64,000 bases of DNA from Mayamaea pseudoterrestris (lineage: Eukaryota): positions 2,232,001-2,296,000 of the forward strand of contig BROI01000002.1 in the NCBI GenBank assembly GCA_027923505.1, in the 5' to 3' direction. Below, piece by piece: positions 21,701 through 30,869 of the stretch. Positions within the stretch are counted from its first letter, which is position 1. Each line of letters starts with the position of its first letter. A model generated the notes under the pieces. That model had not been told where the DNA came from, searched no databases, and saw only the letters and a list, made by a program, of their open reading frames with translations. The translations under genes were made by a program, and so were the position numbers.

Positions 21701-23643
21701 GTATCGACATTTGGAGCGCCAATGGCAACAATTTTTCCATCTTCTGAAGCTGCAACGGTAGACCCAAAGCCCGCACCAGCTTGATCGCCATCCATGGGCG
21801 AACCAAGATCTTTCCACGTCTTTTGCACAAAGTCAAACTTGTAAGCCTTGACTTGTCCTCTTTCATCGCGAGCATTCTCCGCTCCAACAATGACAACGTC
21901 TCCCTTTTCGGAAACACTGACAGACGACCCAAAGTTGTCACCAGCAGCGTCACCGACAATGTCACTTCCTCGTTGACGAAAGGCTCCATTGCTTCGCTCC
22001 ATGACTCGTATTAATCCAGTGTTTTGGTTCGCGCCCGGATATCCCACAACCATGAACTTGCCCGACTCGCTGTACGCCACGGATCGCTCCGCACCTTCCT
22101 CCTGGCTAGCTTGTTCGGGCAATTCCAGCGCCTTCCACGTGGCATCCTCCATGGCCTTTGGACTGCTGCGCAGCAAGGTGACCAAGTTGGAGGCGGCGCT
22201 TGCCATGCGAACGTTTCCATCAGCCGTTGTTGATGGTGCGGATGAAGTGCTGGGACCTGCTGACACGGTTGGAGGCGAGGATGGAGCGGGCGAACTGGTT
22301 GGGCCTGGACTAGTGGTAGGGCTTCGCACGTTGACGAGTGATGGAACTAGCGAGGATGTCGATGTCGGTCCAGACGCAGGCGTCGGTGACGCCGTCGTTG
22401 TAGGTCCTGGACTACCGCTAGTTGTCGGTGACGCAGTATTCGTCGGCGATGAAGTGACAGTCGGCGAAGCAGTCGTTGTCGGAGCTGGACTCGTTGAAGG
22501 AACAATGGAAGTACTCGTTGTTGGGCCTGGACCTCCCTTTGGTCCAGAAGGCGCACTACTGGAAGATGGAGCCGGGCTGACGGACGGTGCCGCACTGATA
22601 GACGGAGCAAGACTGGTGGAAGGCCTTGGCAATCGAGTCGGTCCTGGCGCCGCGCTCGGGCCATCCAGCCCGCTTGGTTCCGCGCTCACAGATGGTCTTT
22701 GCGAAATTGAAGGCACCAAGGATTGTCCCGATGGAGCCGCGCTGATGGACGGTCTTGCTGATACTGTTGGGATGATACTTTCCCTCGACGGAAATGCGCT
22801 GACGCTTGGCGACGCTGAAACGGATGGCGCTGACGAACCTCGGGTAGGTCCCATCGTTTCCAAAAATGACGTCGGCGCCGGACTCACCGTAGGAACTAAA
22901 AGTCCGGATGGCGCCGCTGATATACTTGGCATGGACGAGATTGAAGGCGTAATAGAAGGCGCTTGCGACGTTGCAATCAAGGATGATGGCGCATTCGATG
23001 GTGCATTCGAAATAGATGGCGCGCCAGTCGTAGTCGTCGGTTGCGACGATATAGATGGCGCAAGACTGAGACTCGCCGAGCTTGGACGCAGCGAGCCTCC
23101 TGCAACCGACGGCGCGCTGGAAGTATTCGGCGCCGGAGTAGCAATGGCAGCGCTTGGACCCGGACTACTCGTGGGTCCGACCAGCGTCGGTGATGCTGGA
23201 CTTGACGTCGTCGTACCTGGCGCCGTCGGTCGCCTCGTCATGCCGGACGTTCCAGGAGCTCTTGTTCCCAATCCAGGAGGACAAGGAAAGGTTTCGCCAC
23301 GCGCCAAGGACCGGTGCTGCTCGTCCGCTTCCAGGACTGCGGAGGTGCGGAGCGAGCGCAGATTGCGGCGATAAAACACCTTGATGCCTCGGAAGAAGAC
23401 GCTGTTATTGACAATGTAACGTTCCACCTTGCATTGCGGTCTTGTCTTTGGAATGACGACAATGTCGTCAATAATTTGATATCCATTTGATAGAGTTTCT
23501 CCGCGCCGCATGCGCTGGAGCTGGCGCCGGTTGTACAGGTTTTCATCCTGCCGCTCGCATCGACAGAGCAAATCCGATTGCGCGGCGCCTAGTTCCAGTA
23601 CACTGCTGAGAACAATGACGAGCCAAGCCAAGGCCTTGGTCAT
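18787..23643 (-). CDS. Secreted 1618-aa adhesin-like glycoprotein: signal peptide, Pro/Ser/Thr stalk, then (FG-GAP beta-propeller + vWA-like domain) x2
   Basis: Signal MTKALAWLV..GAA; many PSxSxAP repeats; repeated FGxSVxLSxDGxxxxxGAP blades in two blocks; two homologous C-x-AVID...FPxRxFCLLRP...DYVSPCL domains. Confidence 0.85.
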   Translation of the reverse strand: MTKALAWLVIVLSSVLELGAAQSDLLCRCERQDENLYNRRQLQRMRRGETLSNGYQIIDDIVVIPKTRPQCKVERYIVNNSVFFRGIKVFYRRNLRSLRTSAVLEADEQHRSLARGETFPCPPGLGTRAPGTSGMTRRPTAPGTTTSSPASPTLVGPTSSPGPSAAIATPAPNTSSAPSVAGGSLRPSSASLSLAPSISSQPTTTTGAPSISNAPSNAPSSLIATSQAPSITPSISSMPSISAAPSGLLVPTVSPAPTSFLETMGPTRGSSAPSVSASPSVSAFPSRESIIPTVSARPSISAAPSGQSLVPSISQRPSVSAEPSGLDGPSAAPGPTRLPRPSTSLAPSISAAPSVSPAPSSSSAPSGPKGGPGPTTSTSIVPSTSPAPTTTASPTVTSSPTNTASPTTSGSPGPTTTASPTPASGPTSTSSLVPSLVNVRSPTTSPGPTSSPAPSSPPTVSAGPSTSSAPSTTADGNVRMASAASNLVTLLRSSPKAMEDATWKALELPEQASQEEGAERSVAYSESGKFMVVGYPGANQNTGLIRVMERSNGAFRQRGSDIVGDAAGDNFGSSVSVSEKGDVVIVGAENARDERGQVKAYKFDFVQKTWKDLGSPMDGDQAGAGFGSTVAASEDGKIVAIGAPNVDTDRPGSVSVYGYSESSMKWINLGLSLVGSENGDMAGFSLDLSSNGYILAVGLPGKDGVGSSQTDAGSVVVYEYMNGNWIQLGQSLDGEMSFAKMGTSVSLSNDGQTLSLGQPGLGASGNGDAGAVVVYKYMTSTETWMQFGDAITGQANGDKLGQSLSLSGDGSTMGMYAGSYFGDDSSGRRLEEGAGQVGGLYSVYSWSGTNWVPIGPSIIAASVSRYYTISMGKNGSSVLVGFEKDNSLGYAAVYELDAAVLAEPKPEMSFEEQNDRVKCIAVIDGNSDTNLASQWTNLRTTFPQRGFCLLRPQSTSASLSIPSSLRTDSTSIIKSVARDDDADSEASDWYDLCSLQADFEMGLDRVILYIHETPTMSSDSVQASYELFLEKSSLMGFDVVYGNIADQQDYVSPCLEAPAQSPPPTSAPTEFSGWDKTSRLTGDRNGEHFGVISYNSDGSVMAVGSPGANDDTGKVQIFSRIDDRWQQVGDDLRGEVTAGQFGASVALSADGTTVVAGAPFANQVRVYRWKDGNWRPLGSYLTASDSNSDFGYAVATNAFGTKIAIGSPDTTLDEPGTGTIEVFGYSENDHGWQRLGVTLEGVENGDMCGASLSMNAAGSLLAVGCPGRRMKAGLVTVYDINNWKQLGQDIFGVDSGDEAGTDISLASEARILAVGIPNASPTAGIEMAGQVKVYKYYDASKTWLPMGNVISGEFASARIGKTVDLTANGAMIAYYDGPYLEEGYLSGGLVSVRALNDLEKWTLVRSPIILHTVSKWYNVDISGDGSSVIVGFDDSSRSGVVESYTPTIADYNPGIISLQSVEQEATPSGVDEFTCVAVIDENKGRNMDSKWKTLDETFPKRPFCLLRPVPPGTSGGLAVPDAFDDNSKNIFAEVNRDDQDRENPADWYSECNIGLSKRKNIQKVALYVDNSTSMSRSSVSIALVLFQERLKENNMELVFVTSNVDKDYVSPCLAAGAK
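22225..23280 (-). repeat. Coding degenerate tandem repeats (PSxSxAP, SPT/T-rich) forming a mucin-like stalk
   Basis: The translation repeats APSIS/PSVSA/TTASPT units, which also produce the 461-aa antisense shadow ORF. Confidence 0.85.
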
Positions 23644-24215
23644 GGTGCAAGGTCTATATTCTTACAGTCTAATGAATGATGTTGTTGATGGAGCTTGCTG
23701 GATAAAGTCGACGAAAGATGCGCGGATGGCGATTGACAAAAATGAAACCGCTGCGGTGCAACGCGCACGTGTTTTGTTATTTGTTATGCCCCCGAATTCA
23801 ATCCGTGACTCGTCCGGCGCGGTAAAGCACGGCTGGCGCGACTGGATGGCGCGCATTTTCCAAGACGTTCGAGTTTGACCATGGCGAAGGGCTCGACCAG
23901 CGTTGGCTCGTCTTCCGCCGACCAGCCGCAAATGTATGTGCGTTCTACTCGCTGACTTTTTTGACTTTTTCGCGGGATTACGACCGTTCCTTTCACCGGA
24001 TTGCTCACATCGATTATGACCTTCTCTGCTTCGATGGTCGATCGACATCCGACGCGTTGATACACTTGCGCCATCTGCCAATCAGCTAACCATTGCCTGA
24101 AGCCAGGCTCCTATGTACCGGTACAAGCTTCACTAGCAACAAGTCTTGCATGCCTCATAAGATCGTCAAGCAGCTAAATATATGTTGCCTTTAACTCGCA
24201 TTTAATGCTGCCAGT

Positions 24216-26057
24216 CTACACCAACAGAAAGTTGGGATTATCGCTAGTCATTAGCTCAAACACTTGGTTGGATAGCTTTGCGTAAGTTTTGTCGCCAAAG
24301 CAATCCACAAGCAGTAATCGCTTTTCATCCTCCGTCATTGCAACGTCCTGGTAGACCTTCCATAGCGAGTAGCCAGTGGGATAGTGCTGCACGAACATGC
24401 GGGCCATGTTGAAACTCACGCGAGGAAGCTGCTGCACCTGCCGCAACCAACAATCCTTGGCTTGAGCGTAGAGTGTGGCATCCGCGCCACAGAGAGGCGC
24501 AAGCTTTTGAGAAACGTCCAAATCGGAGTATGCCTTTTGGTATTGCACATCAGATAGTTTTCGCGTCAAGCGATTCAGTTCCATTGCCAAGTGATCATTC
24601 TCGCGGCACTCAATGCACTCCACTTGAAATTGAATGAGTAGCCAAGCAATAGCATCCTTTAGCTCTTCATCGGTCGGTGGCGCAGACGAATTGGGTTGCT
24701 TGTTGCGCTTGTGCGCAATCCACAGCTGTTCGAGCTTATGTGTCACCCGATACAAATATATCAAGAGACGAGGCTTCTTCGTTGGCTCGCATCGCCATGC
24801 TGCTCGCCAACCTGCTTGCAACGACCGCAACCAGTTCTCCAGTTTTGGATAGTCGTCATCGTCATAGTCATCACGCTCTAGTAGTTTAATAAACTCGTGC
24901 GCGTCGTCAAAGACCACGGCGACAGCTGGTAAGTGCTCGTATCCACTAGCATTCCCTGCCCGCATAGCAGCCATTGCTCCTTCCGCTCCACCTTCACCTC
25001 GCTTCAAATCTTTGCGAATGTACTGGATCGTCTTGCATCCAAGCATACTAGCATGTTCGACGACATTGTACTTCAAATCCTGCAACTCGTCGGCAATAGT
25101 CAACTCTGGATGACGATACAAGTCGGGATCCATCAAAACAACGATTTCTTGGTTGGCAAAGCCGCCTTTTCGTTGTTTGCTGTCGTCCTTTAGTTCTTGT
25201 TTTCGTCGCTTCTCCGTCTTTTCAGCCTCCAGCTTGGCTTCGCGCGCGCGCTTCTTGGCCAGCTTTTCCTGCTCCTTTAATTGCTTGGCTTGGTCACGCT
25301 CCTGCTGCTTGCGCAAGCGTTCCTCCTCCTTTTCGCGCTGCCTATGCTCCTTGATGGCTGCATCTGGTTGCTTGCGCTTGGGCTTGGCAGCGGCCGGTGC
25401 TGAAGAATTCAGGTCGATTGGATTTTCCTTTGACGCTGCCTGCTTGTCTGATACAGTGTTTTTGTTCGTCGTCGCTTTTGGTTTTGTCCGTACCATTTGC
25501 TTGATTCTCTTGGTCAAAGAGTCTTCACTGCAGGAGCTGGCATTGTCAGATGAAGAAGCAGCAGCAGCAAGAGTAGACGCTTTTTTCGAACGTGAATGCA
25601 AAGATTGACGACAAGCCTTGGGTTTTTTATCCGGTGAGTCACAGCTGTCATCGTCCGACGATTCTAGACAGGACGCAAATGCAGCAGACGCGTTCTTTTG
25701 CATACTGGACTGTGAAAATTGCGCGTAGGAAGATGTGTGGTGATTGTTGTTTAGTTTTGCTGCCAAAAACTTTTCGCCTTCGCCTTTCCTTCGCCTCAAT
25801 CGATCCACCAGTGAACAGTCTTCCTCGTCATCATCACTTTCTTCGTCCAGTAGCGCGATTGGATCCGCTTCATTTCCTCCACTGGCACTCAAGCGAGGAC
25901 CGCGACGAGAGGGTGACGCACTGTGACTTTCACGTCGAGTCGAAGAGGCAGCAGCTGAAGCTCGTGGTGGAAGGACTTCCAAATCTTCCTCCGTGTCGTC
26001 ACCATCCGAATCCGATAATAGATCAAGAATGTTTGATTGACTGTATTTGGAACTCAT
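24216..26057 (-). CDS. EME1: Crossover junction endonuclease non-catalytic subunit, EME1/Mms4-like
   Basis: Low-complexity N-terminus, a K/E coiled coil, then EIVVLMD, an ERCC4-like core and the HhH2 segment WLRQVQQLPRVS..A..FVQHYPT..SL..Y..LSNQVFELMTSDNP. Confidence 0.8.
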   Translation of the reverse strand: MSSKYSQSNILDLLSDSDGDDTEEDLEVLPPRASAAASSTRRESHSASPSRRGPRLSASGGNEADPIALLDEESDDDEEDCSLVDRLRRRKGEGEKFLAAKLNNNHHTSSYAQFSQSSMQKNASAAFASCLESSDDDSCDSPDKKPKACRQSLHSRSKKASTLAAAASSSDNASSCSEDSLTKRIKQMVRTKPKATTNKNTVSDKQAASKENPIDLNSSAPAAAKPKRKQPDAAIKEHRQREKEEERLRKQQERDQAKQLKEQEKLAKKRAREAKLEAEKTEKRRKQELKDDSKQRKGGFANQEIVVLMDPDLYRHPELTIADELQDLKYNVVEHASMLGCKTIQYIRKDLKRGEGGAEGAMAAMRAGNASGYEHLPAVAVVFDDAHEFIKLLERDDYDDDDYPKLENWLRSLQAGWRAAWRCEPTKKPRLLIYLYRVTHKLEQLWIAHKRNKQPNSSAPPTDEELKDAIAWLLIQFQVECIECRENDHLAMELNRLTRKLSDVQYQKAYSDLDVSQKLAPLCGADATLYAQAKDCWLRQVQQLPRVSFNMARMFVQHYPTGYSLWKVYQDVAMTEDEKRLLLVDCFGDKTYAKLSNQVFELMTSDNPNFLLV

Positions 26058-26435
26058 TCTGTCAGTATACTCTTAGTGAACGTAACTTGGTGAGGGAGAG
26101 CAAGCGGCACGCAAGCTGACGAGTGCCGCCATGGTCGATCGACTCGTCGTTGATCCGGTACCGTTACGACAGACATACGAAACAGCTGATGCGTCATGAT
26201 GTCAGCGGTTGAGAAATCGCTCAAAAGCGTTGCGAAGCCAAACGCGACGACGATGGCATTCCATTTCGTCGAGAGAAGTTCCCAAGCGACTCGAGGATTT
26301 ACAGTTCCGCTTGATCGGTCCTGCATACTTGATGATCTTGACGGATTGTCGGGCACAAAATCAAAAAGCAATTGGCAAATCATAGTCAGTCTGACAATCT
26401 GACGCGGCCGACCCAACGACCCGCGACCCGCGACA

Positions 26436-26951
26436 ATGCCACCATTTCATCCCATGACGCTCCTGTTGATAGCCATTGTACTGCTCAGCTTCATTGGCTC
26501 CACAGCGCTTGCCAATAATGACATCCAAGGCAACTATACGTTGGCAAAACTCGTCGACGCGGACGACAACCGAATCAGCCTTCACCGCAGAAAATACATT
26601 TTCACACTCGAGTCTCAAGAGTCAACCACGTCCAATAATAGTACCACTTCTTACTCGTTTGGCATTACCATTGGAAATTCCATTGGCGGAAGCATGGTGG
26701 TGGATGAAGCTGCGAATGGAACGATTACAGACATGATGAGCTGGTCGACGCGAATGTATCCAGGACGGCGTCTCTACAAGATTGAGGTTGCCTTGATTGA
26801 TGCCCTCGACCAAGCGAAACGTTTGGAAAGAAAGACCAAGTATTCGATTGTGCTTGCTGGTCCGGGAGGTTCGCTCACTTTGCGGCGACCGCCAGCAGAA
26901 AGAGGCCTGGAGGAGAGTGCCGGAGAGGAAGACATTGGGGATGGACCATAG
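26436..26951 (+). CDS. Secreted META/HslJ-domain-like protein, paralogue 1
   Basis: Signal peptide, then G-Y-L, GNSIGG, STRMYP..IEVALIDAL and a terminal L.GPGGSLTL, which follow the META domain pattern. Confidence 0.6.
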   Translation: MPPFHPMTLLLIAIVLLSFIGSTALANNDIQGNYTLAKLVDADDNRISLHRRKYIFTLESQESTTSNNSTTSYSFGITIGNSIGGSMVVDEAANGTITDMMSWSTRMYPGRRLYKIEVALIDALDQAKRLERKTKYSIVLAGPGGSLTLRRPPAERGLEESAGEEDIGDGP

Positions 26952-27950
26952 ACTTTCGGAGAATGCGACGAAATTAAAATGAAGAGATTGGAGTTGAAGA
27001 TGCTCTTGCTACCTCGTTATTGTTGTTCATAACAAGCCCACTGTGGGTTTTTAAATAGCTACCGGTAAAGGCGTAAATTGCCACCTAAATATTCAGTTTG
27101 CTGTTTTGCTACTGCATGTACTCGTGCCAATCATGGTACCCATAGGCACAGTCGAATAGGCAAACGTGCTGTGGTAATACGAAGATTTCGCTGGTAAAAG
27201 CGAATAAGAGTATCAATGATCCAATTGCCAAGCGATTGTAACTTGTAACCACCTTTCAGCTTTGGTCAACCGAGGAGAATATATGGGAAATTTTGCGCCA
27301 CAAATACCGGTTATGCAAACTAGGCCACCCACCATCTTCAGCATAGCTATTGTAGCTTGGATTGGCTTTGCGTCTCAAATGCCGCGAACAAGTCGACGTT
27401 CTCTAGACTATCTTCTTGCAGATAGATGCGCGATGCACGCCATAAACTTGGTGCTTACGACAAGCAGTTTGGCTAGCCACGACCTCAACCAGTAGCGCCT
27501 CAGGCTCCATACAGCAACACACACTGTGATGCTGACAGCTAGGTGCTCTGCTAACTTGGAAGTATTTTACTCGACGTGCGAATACTCCAAGTAAACCATG
27601 GACGGGTTGCGTTTGTGATTACAGTACTGTATTGCGTAGCTTTCGTAAGAAAAACTGCTGAGCAGTTTCAAACATGGTGAAAAGCTTTCCAGTCGCAATT
27701 GTTCATATGCCCCAAAAACGTGACCCTCGGCTGTGACTGATTTACCGAATTAGAGACAAAGTAGCGTGGGAAAGATGTTCCGTCAGCTAAATCACGTCAT
27801 CGCAGGTTCACGTTTTGATAAGCCTTGCTCGTGCCAGATTTCAGCTGTACTGTCCAGTCCGGCATGCCAAGGCGCTCGTCGCCCTTCAATCACACATCAT
27901 TAGCCACACAACAACGACATCCTCACTCGCTCGCTTTGTCTTACTATACC

Positions 27951-28403
27951 ATGAATGAGTCTTCGCTTCACCTTATCTTGTACATTGCGCTCTTCTGTTG
28001 CTCTTTAATAGCTTCAGAAGCCCAAGTATATGAAGGAAAGTTCATTGTGGCGTCGGTGGTAAACCGAACAGGACATGAAGTGGAACTGCCCAGCAAGCGA
28101 TACCTCTTTCAGATGCAACACGCCACGGACGAACAGGATGGTTCTGTGTACGCATTCAGTTTTAACATCACCAATAATTTTCGTGGAGATTTCGTCGTCG
28201 ATGAGCAAAACGGGAGTGTCGAGTCGGTGCGCTCGGTTATTTCTACTCGACAATTTCCTCCGGAAGCACAAGGCAACGTCGAACGTGCCATGTCCAGTAT
28301 ACTTCGCAGCATGAAAAAGATCAAAATGAAGAAACAGCGGAGTCTGATATTGCGGGGAGCGGAAGGGACAATAACACTGAACCGTCGCAGGAACAAGAAA
28401 TGA
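27951..28403 (+). CDS. Secreted META/HslJ-domain-like protein, paralogue 2
   Basis: Signal peptide ending SEA; TNNFRG, STRQFPP..VERAMSSIL and LILRGAEGTITL align collinearly with 26436-26951. Confidence 0.6.
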   Translation: MNESSLHLILYIALFCCSLIASEAQVYEGKFIVASVVNRTGHEVELPSKRYLFQMQHATDEQDGSVYAFSFNITNNFRGDFVVDEQNGSVESVRSVISTRQFPPEAQGNVERAMSSILRSMKKIKMKKQRSLILRGAEGTITLNRRRNKK

Positions 28404-28998
28404 CGAGTGTCGCATGGACAAGGCTCCAGGCTAATCCTAGCGTCTGCGCATCCTATCCGGTATTATCAAGGCCCATTTCGTGTGCATACATCTGCTACAT
28501 TGTCTACGCAGTATTACATCATAAACTAGCCGTAATTTTTGCATAACGTTGACTTTTACAAGCAGTTATCTCGATACGGGGCTGGCTCGAACACCGCAAA
28601 GTTCGAGGCCCTTATCCGCTATCTGTTTCATCATGCAAATATTTACGTTTAAATGGTGCATTTAAAGTAAATAGAGTGTGACTCATTGGCTGCGATTCGA
28701 CGGCTGATCGACTCTGGACTTGCTGGATTGTTCAATGCTCATCATACGGCGGGAGCAAGGAGCAAGATTGCATGACGCTCACACATACAGGTTGTGTATA
28801 TGGATCAGTATAGTATAAGGTCCGTCGGATTTTATTATTCACAGTCACTAGGAGTAGCGGAGAAAGTCCAATGTTACGCGAGAGATAGCAAAGTAGCAAA
28901 AGGCTCGTATCGGTACTCGGTTTGAACATCAAGACTGGCTGTACTATTGTATGATCCTTACAACGACAATAAAGTATAAGACATTGACAAGCGCAGAA

Positions 28999-29562
28999 AT
29001 GATGCTGTACCTATATGTTCTGCTGTTTTCGTTCTGCTTGGCGGATGCGTTTCAGTTCGGACGTGGACTAATCTCAACGAGTTTTCAACATGCTCGTCGC
29101 ATCACGCAAACGCCAGCAGACAAGGCAATGTTGATACACGGGAAACATTCGTTCTCAACTGCACTTTATGCGGCTGATAATGATAGTCCCGAGACGATGT
29201 CAGTACGCGAATCCGACCAGATCTTACTCGGAGGAGCCGGAGTGTTGGCCGCCGCCATTGTCCTTTACTCCGAGTACACACTCAAAAGCACTGGATGTGG
29301 TCTACCAGCTGGGCCGGCAGGCCTGTTTGGTGCAGCAGAAGGAGTTAGCTATCTCCTTGTTGTTGGCCTCGCCGGATATAGTTTGCTCAAAAAGTTCATG
29401 ACTGGCGCGGGGTTACCAGCTGGCCCTGGAGGAATTTTGGGTGCAGCAGAAGGTCTTTCTTTTCTGGCAATCGCTGTTGGCTTAGTGGTGCTGGGATTTC
29501 AGCTTGCAGACTATGGTTACGTTCCCAATGCTGTACCAATGGAGGGAGGAATGTGCAGTTAA
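28999..29562 (+). CDS. Plastid-targeted small membrane protein with a duplicated GLPAGPxGxxGAAEGxS motif
   Basis: Signal ending ADA-F, three TM helices, and the repeat pair TGCGLPAGPAGLFGAAEGVSYL / TGAGLPAGPGGILGAAEGLSFL. Confidence 0.8.
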   Translation: MMLYLYVLLFSFCLADAFQFGRGLISTSFQHARRITQTPADKAMLIHGKHSFSTALYAADNDSPETMSVRESDQILLGGAGVLAAAIVLYSEYTLKSTGCGLPAGPAGLFGAAEGVSYLLVVGLAGYSLLKKFMTGAGLPAGPGGILGAAEGLSFLAIAVGLVVLGFQLADYGYVPNAVPMEGGMCS

Positions 29563-29910
29563 CTGTAAGCTAATGAGCGCAGATCATGGCCGAGATGAGG
29601 ATTGCCATTTTCGTCGCCAGCCATCACCCACACTCATAAAAGCAATGCACTGTATAACGGAGCTCAGTTCCAGTGAAATGAAGCTAATAAACGCTATCGC
29701 CTATTAGCATCTTACACTACTTGGGTAGCTGGGAAAAGCCAAATCGTGTATCGTGTCGCAGCAGCACTGTCACACTTTTCCTCCACGACATTTTTTTCAA
29801 ATCGCAGCTCTGCAGCTTGTCCTCTATCTTCATCAGCAATTCCTGCTAGAAGCGTTTGCAAACAGAAAACTACTGAGAGATTGCGACTGCTATTACTGTC
29901 AATCGTGTCA

Positions 29911-30696
29911 ATGATGAAAAATTCGCCGCTCTGGGAGGCGTTCAACGACAATGACTCGTTCCTTCCATTCTACCTTCCCTTTGCCATGTGGATTGCAATT
30001 TACGCTTACTGCCGAGCCACTGGGATTGCATTCTACAAGTGGCATACGATTCATAACTTGCACAACCTTGGAGCCATTGCGGTGCGTTTGCGATTGTGAG
30101 CTATTGGTCTCTTGTGCGTCAGACGAATGATGGCGCAACGCCGATGGTGGCCCTACTCTCTCATTTTTTCTCACTTCAATTTATCGATTCTCCATTCCCT
30201 TTGTTCGCAGCTTGGTCTTCAATCGCTTTACTATAACAACGACAATGTATTCAACGAACGCATTCCAATCCTTTGGTCCATATCCTACTTTCTCATTGAC
30301 TTGCTCGACTGCGTGTTGCGCCTCGACCGAGACTACACGATTCACGCCGGCTTTTGCCTCCTGCTGGGTTACTTCAACTACACGACTCCCACACTTCGAC
30401 GTTTGCGCATGAACTCCAAGGCTTCCCTCTGCGAATCAAGTAACCCGTTCATGCATCTTGCCAAACATACGCGCCGTCCAGCTCACTTTCTGCTGTTTGC
30501 CGTTGTTTATACATGCTGTCGCATCGTTTGGATACCAGTCATGGTCAAGCAACTACTGGATGAAGGCTTGACGTTGACGAATCCTATTCAAATGGCGCTG
30601 CTTGGCTTTTATGGCTTGAATCTGTTTTGGTATGCCAAGATCATACGAATTTTGGTCGAAGGCAGCCGAGGGAAGACGGCCTCAAAGGAGGAGTAA
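29911..30696 (+). CDS. TLC (TRAM/LAG1/CLN8)-like membrane protein; exons 29911-30081 and 30211-30696
   Basis: Phase-0 intron 30082-30210 (GTGCGT..CAG). Motifs SYFLIDL, ESSNPFMH, CRIVW and LNLFWYAKII are TLC-like. Confidence 0.8.
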
Positions 30697-30869
30697 CAAT
30701 ACCACGTAGGTAGCATAAAATGATAAACGGTACATGGACTGAGCGTTGTACGCTGTATCAACTAAATGTATTCGTGTTAGTCCTAAAGACTTTTTGCCAA
30801 GATCAACCGTACCTGCCTCAGCCGCGCAGGCAATGCACGTAACTGTCAACCGAAAATGTCACGACGACC

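Noticed and set aside
21989..23374. 461-aa plus-strand Gly/Val/Asp-rich ORF
   Set aside because: It is the antisense shadow of the Pro/Ser/Thr repeat stalk, whose codons rarely give reverse-strand stops.
27554..27592. 12-13 bp imperfect hairpin between the META paralogues
   Set aside because: It is a single short stem with a bulge, compatible with chance, and bacterial-type terminators do not apply here.
28579..28611. Hairpin with GTTCGA resembling a tRNA T-arm
   Set aside because: There is no cloverleaf, D-arm or acceptor stem, only a short stem-loop.
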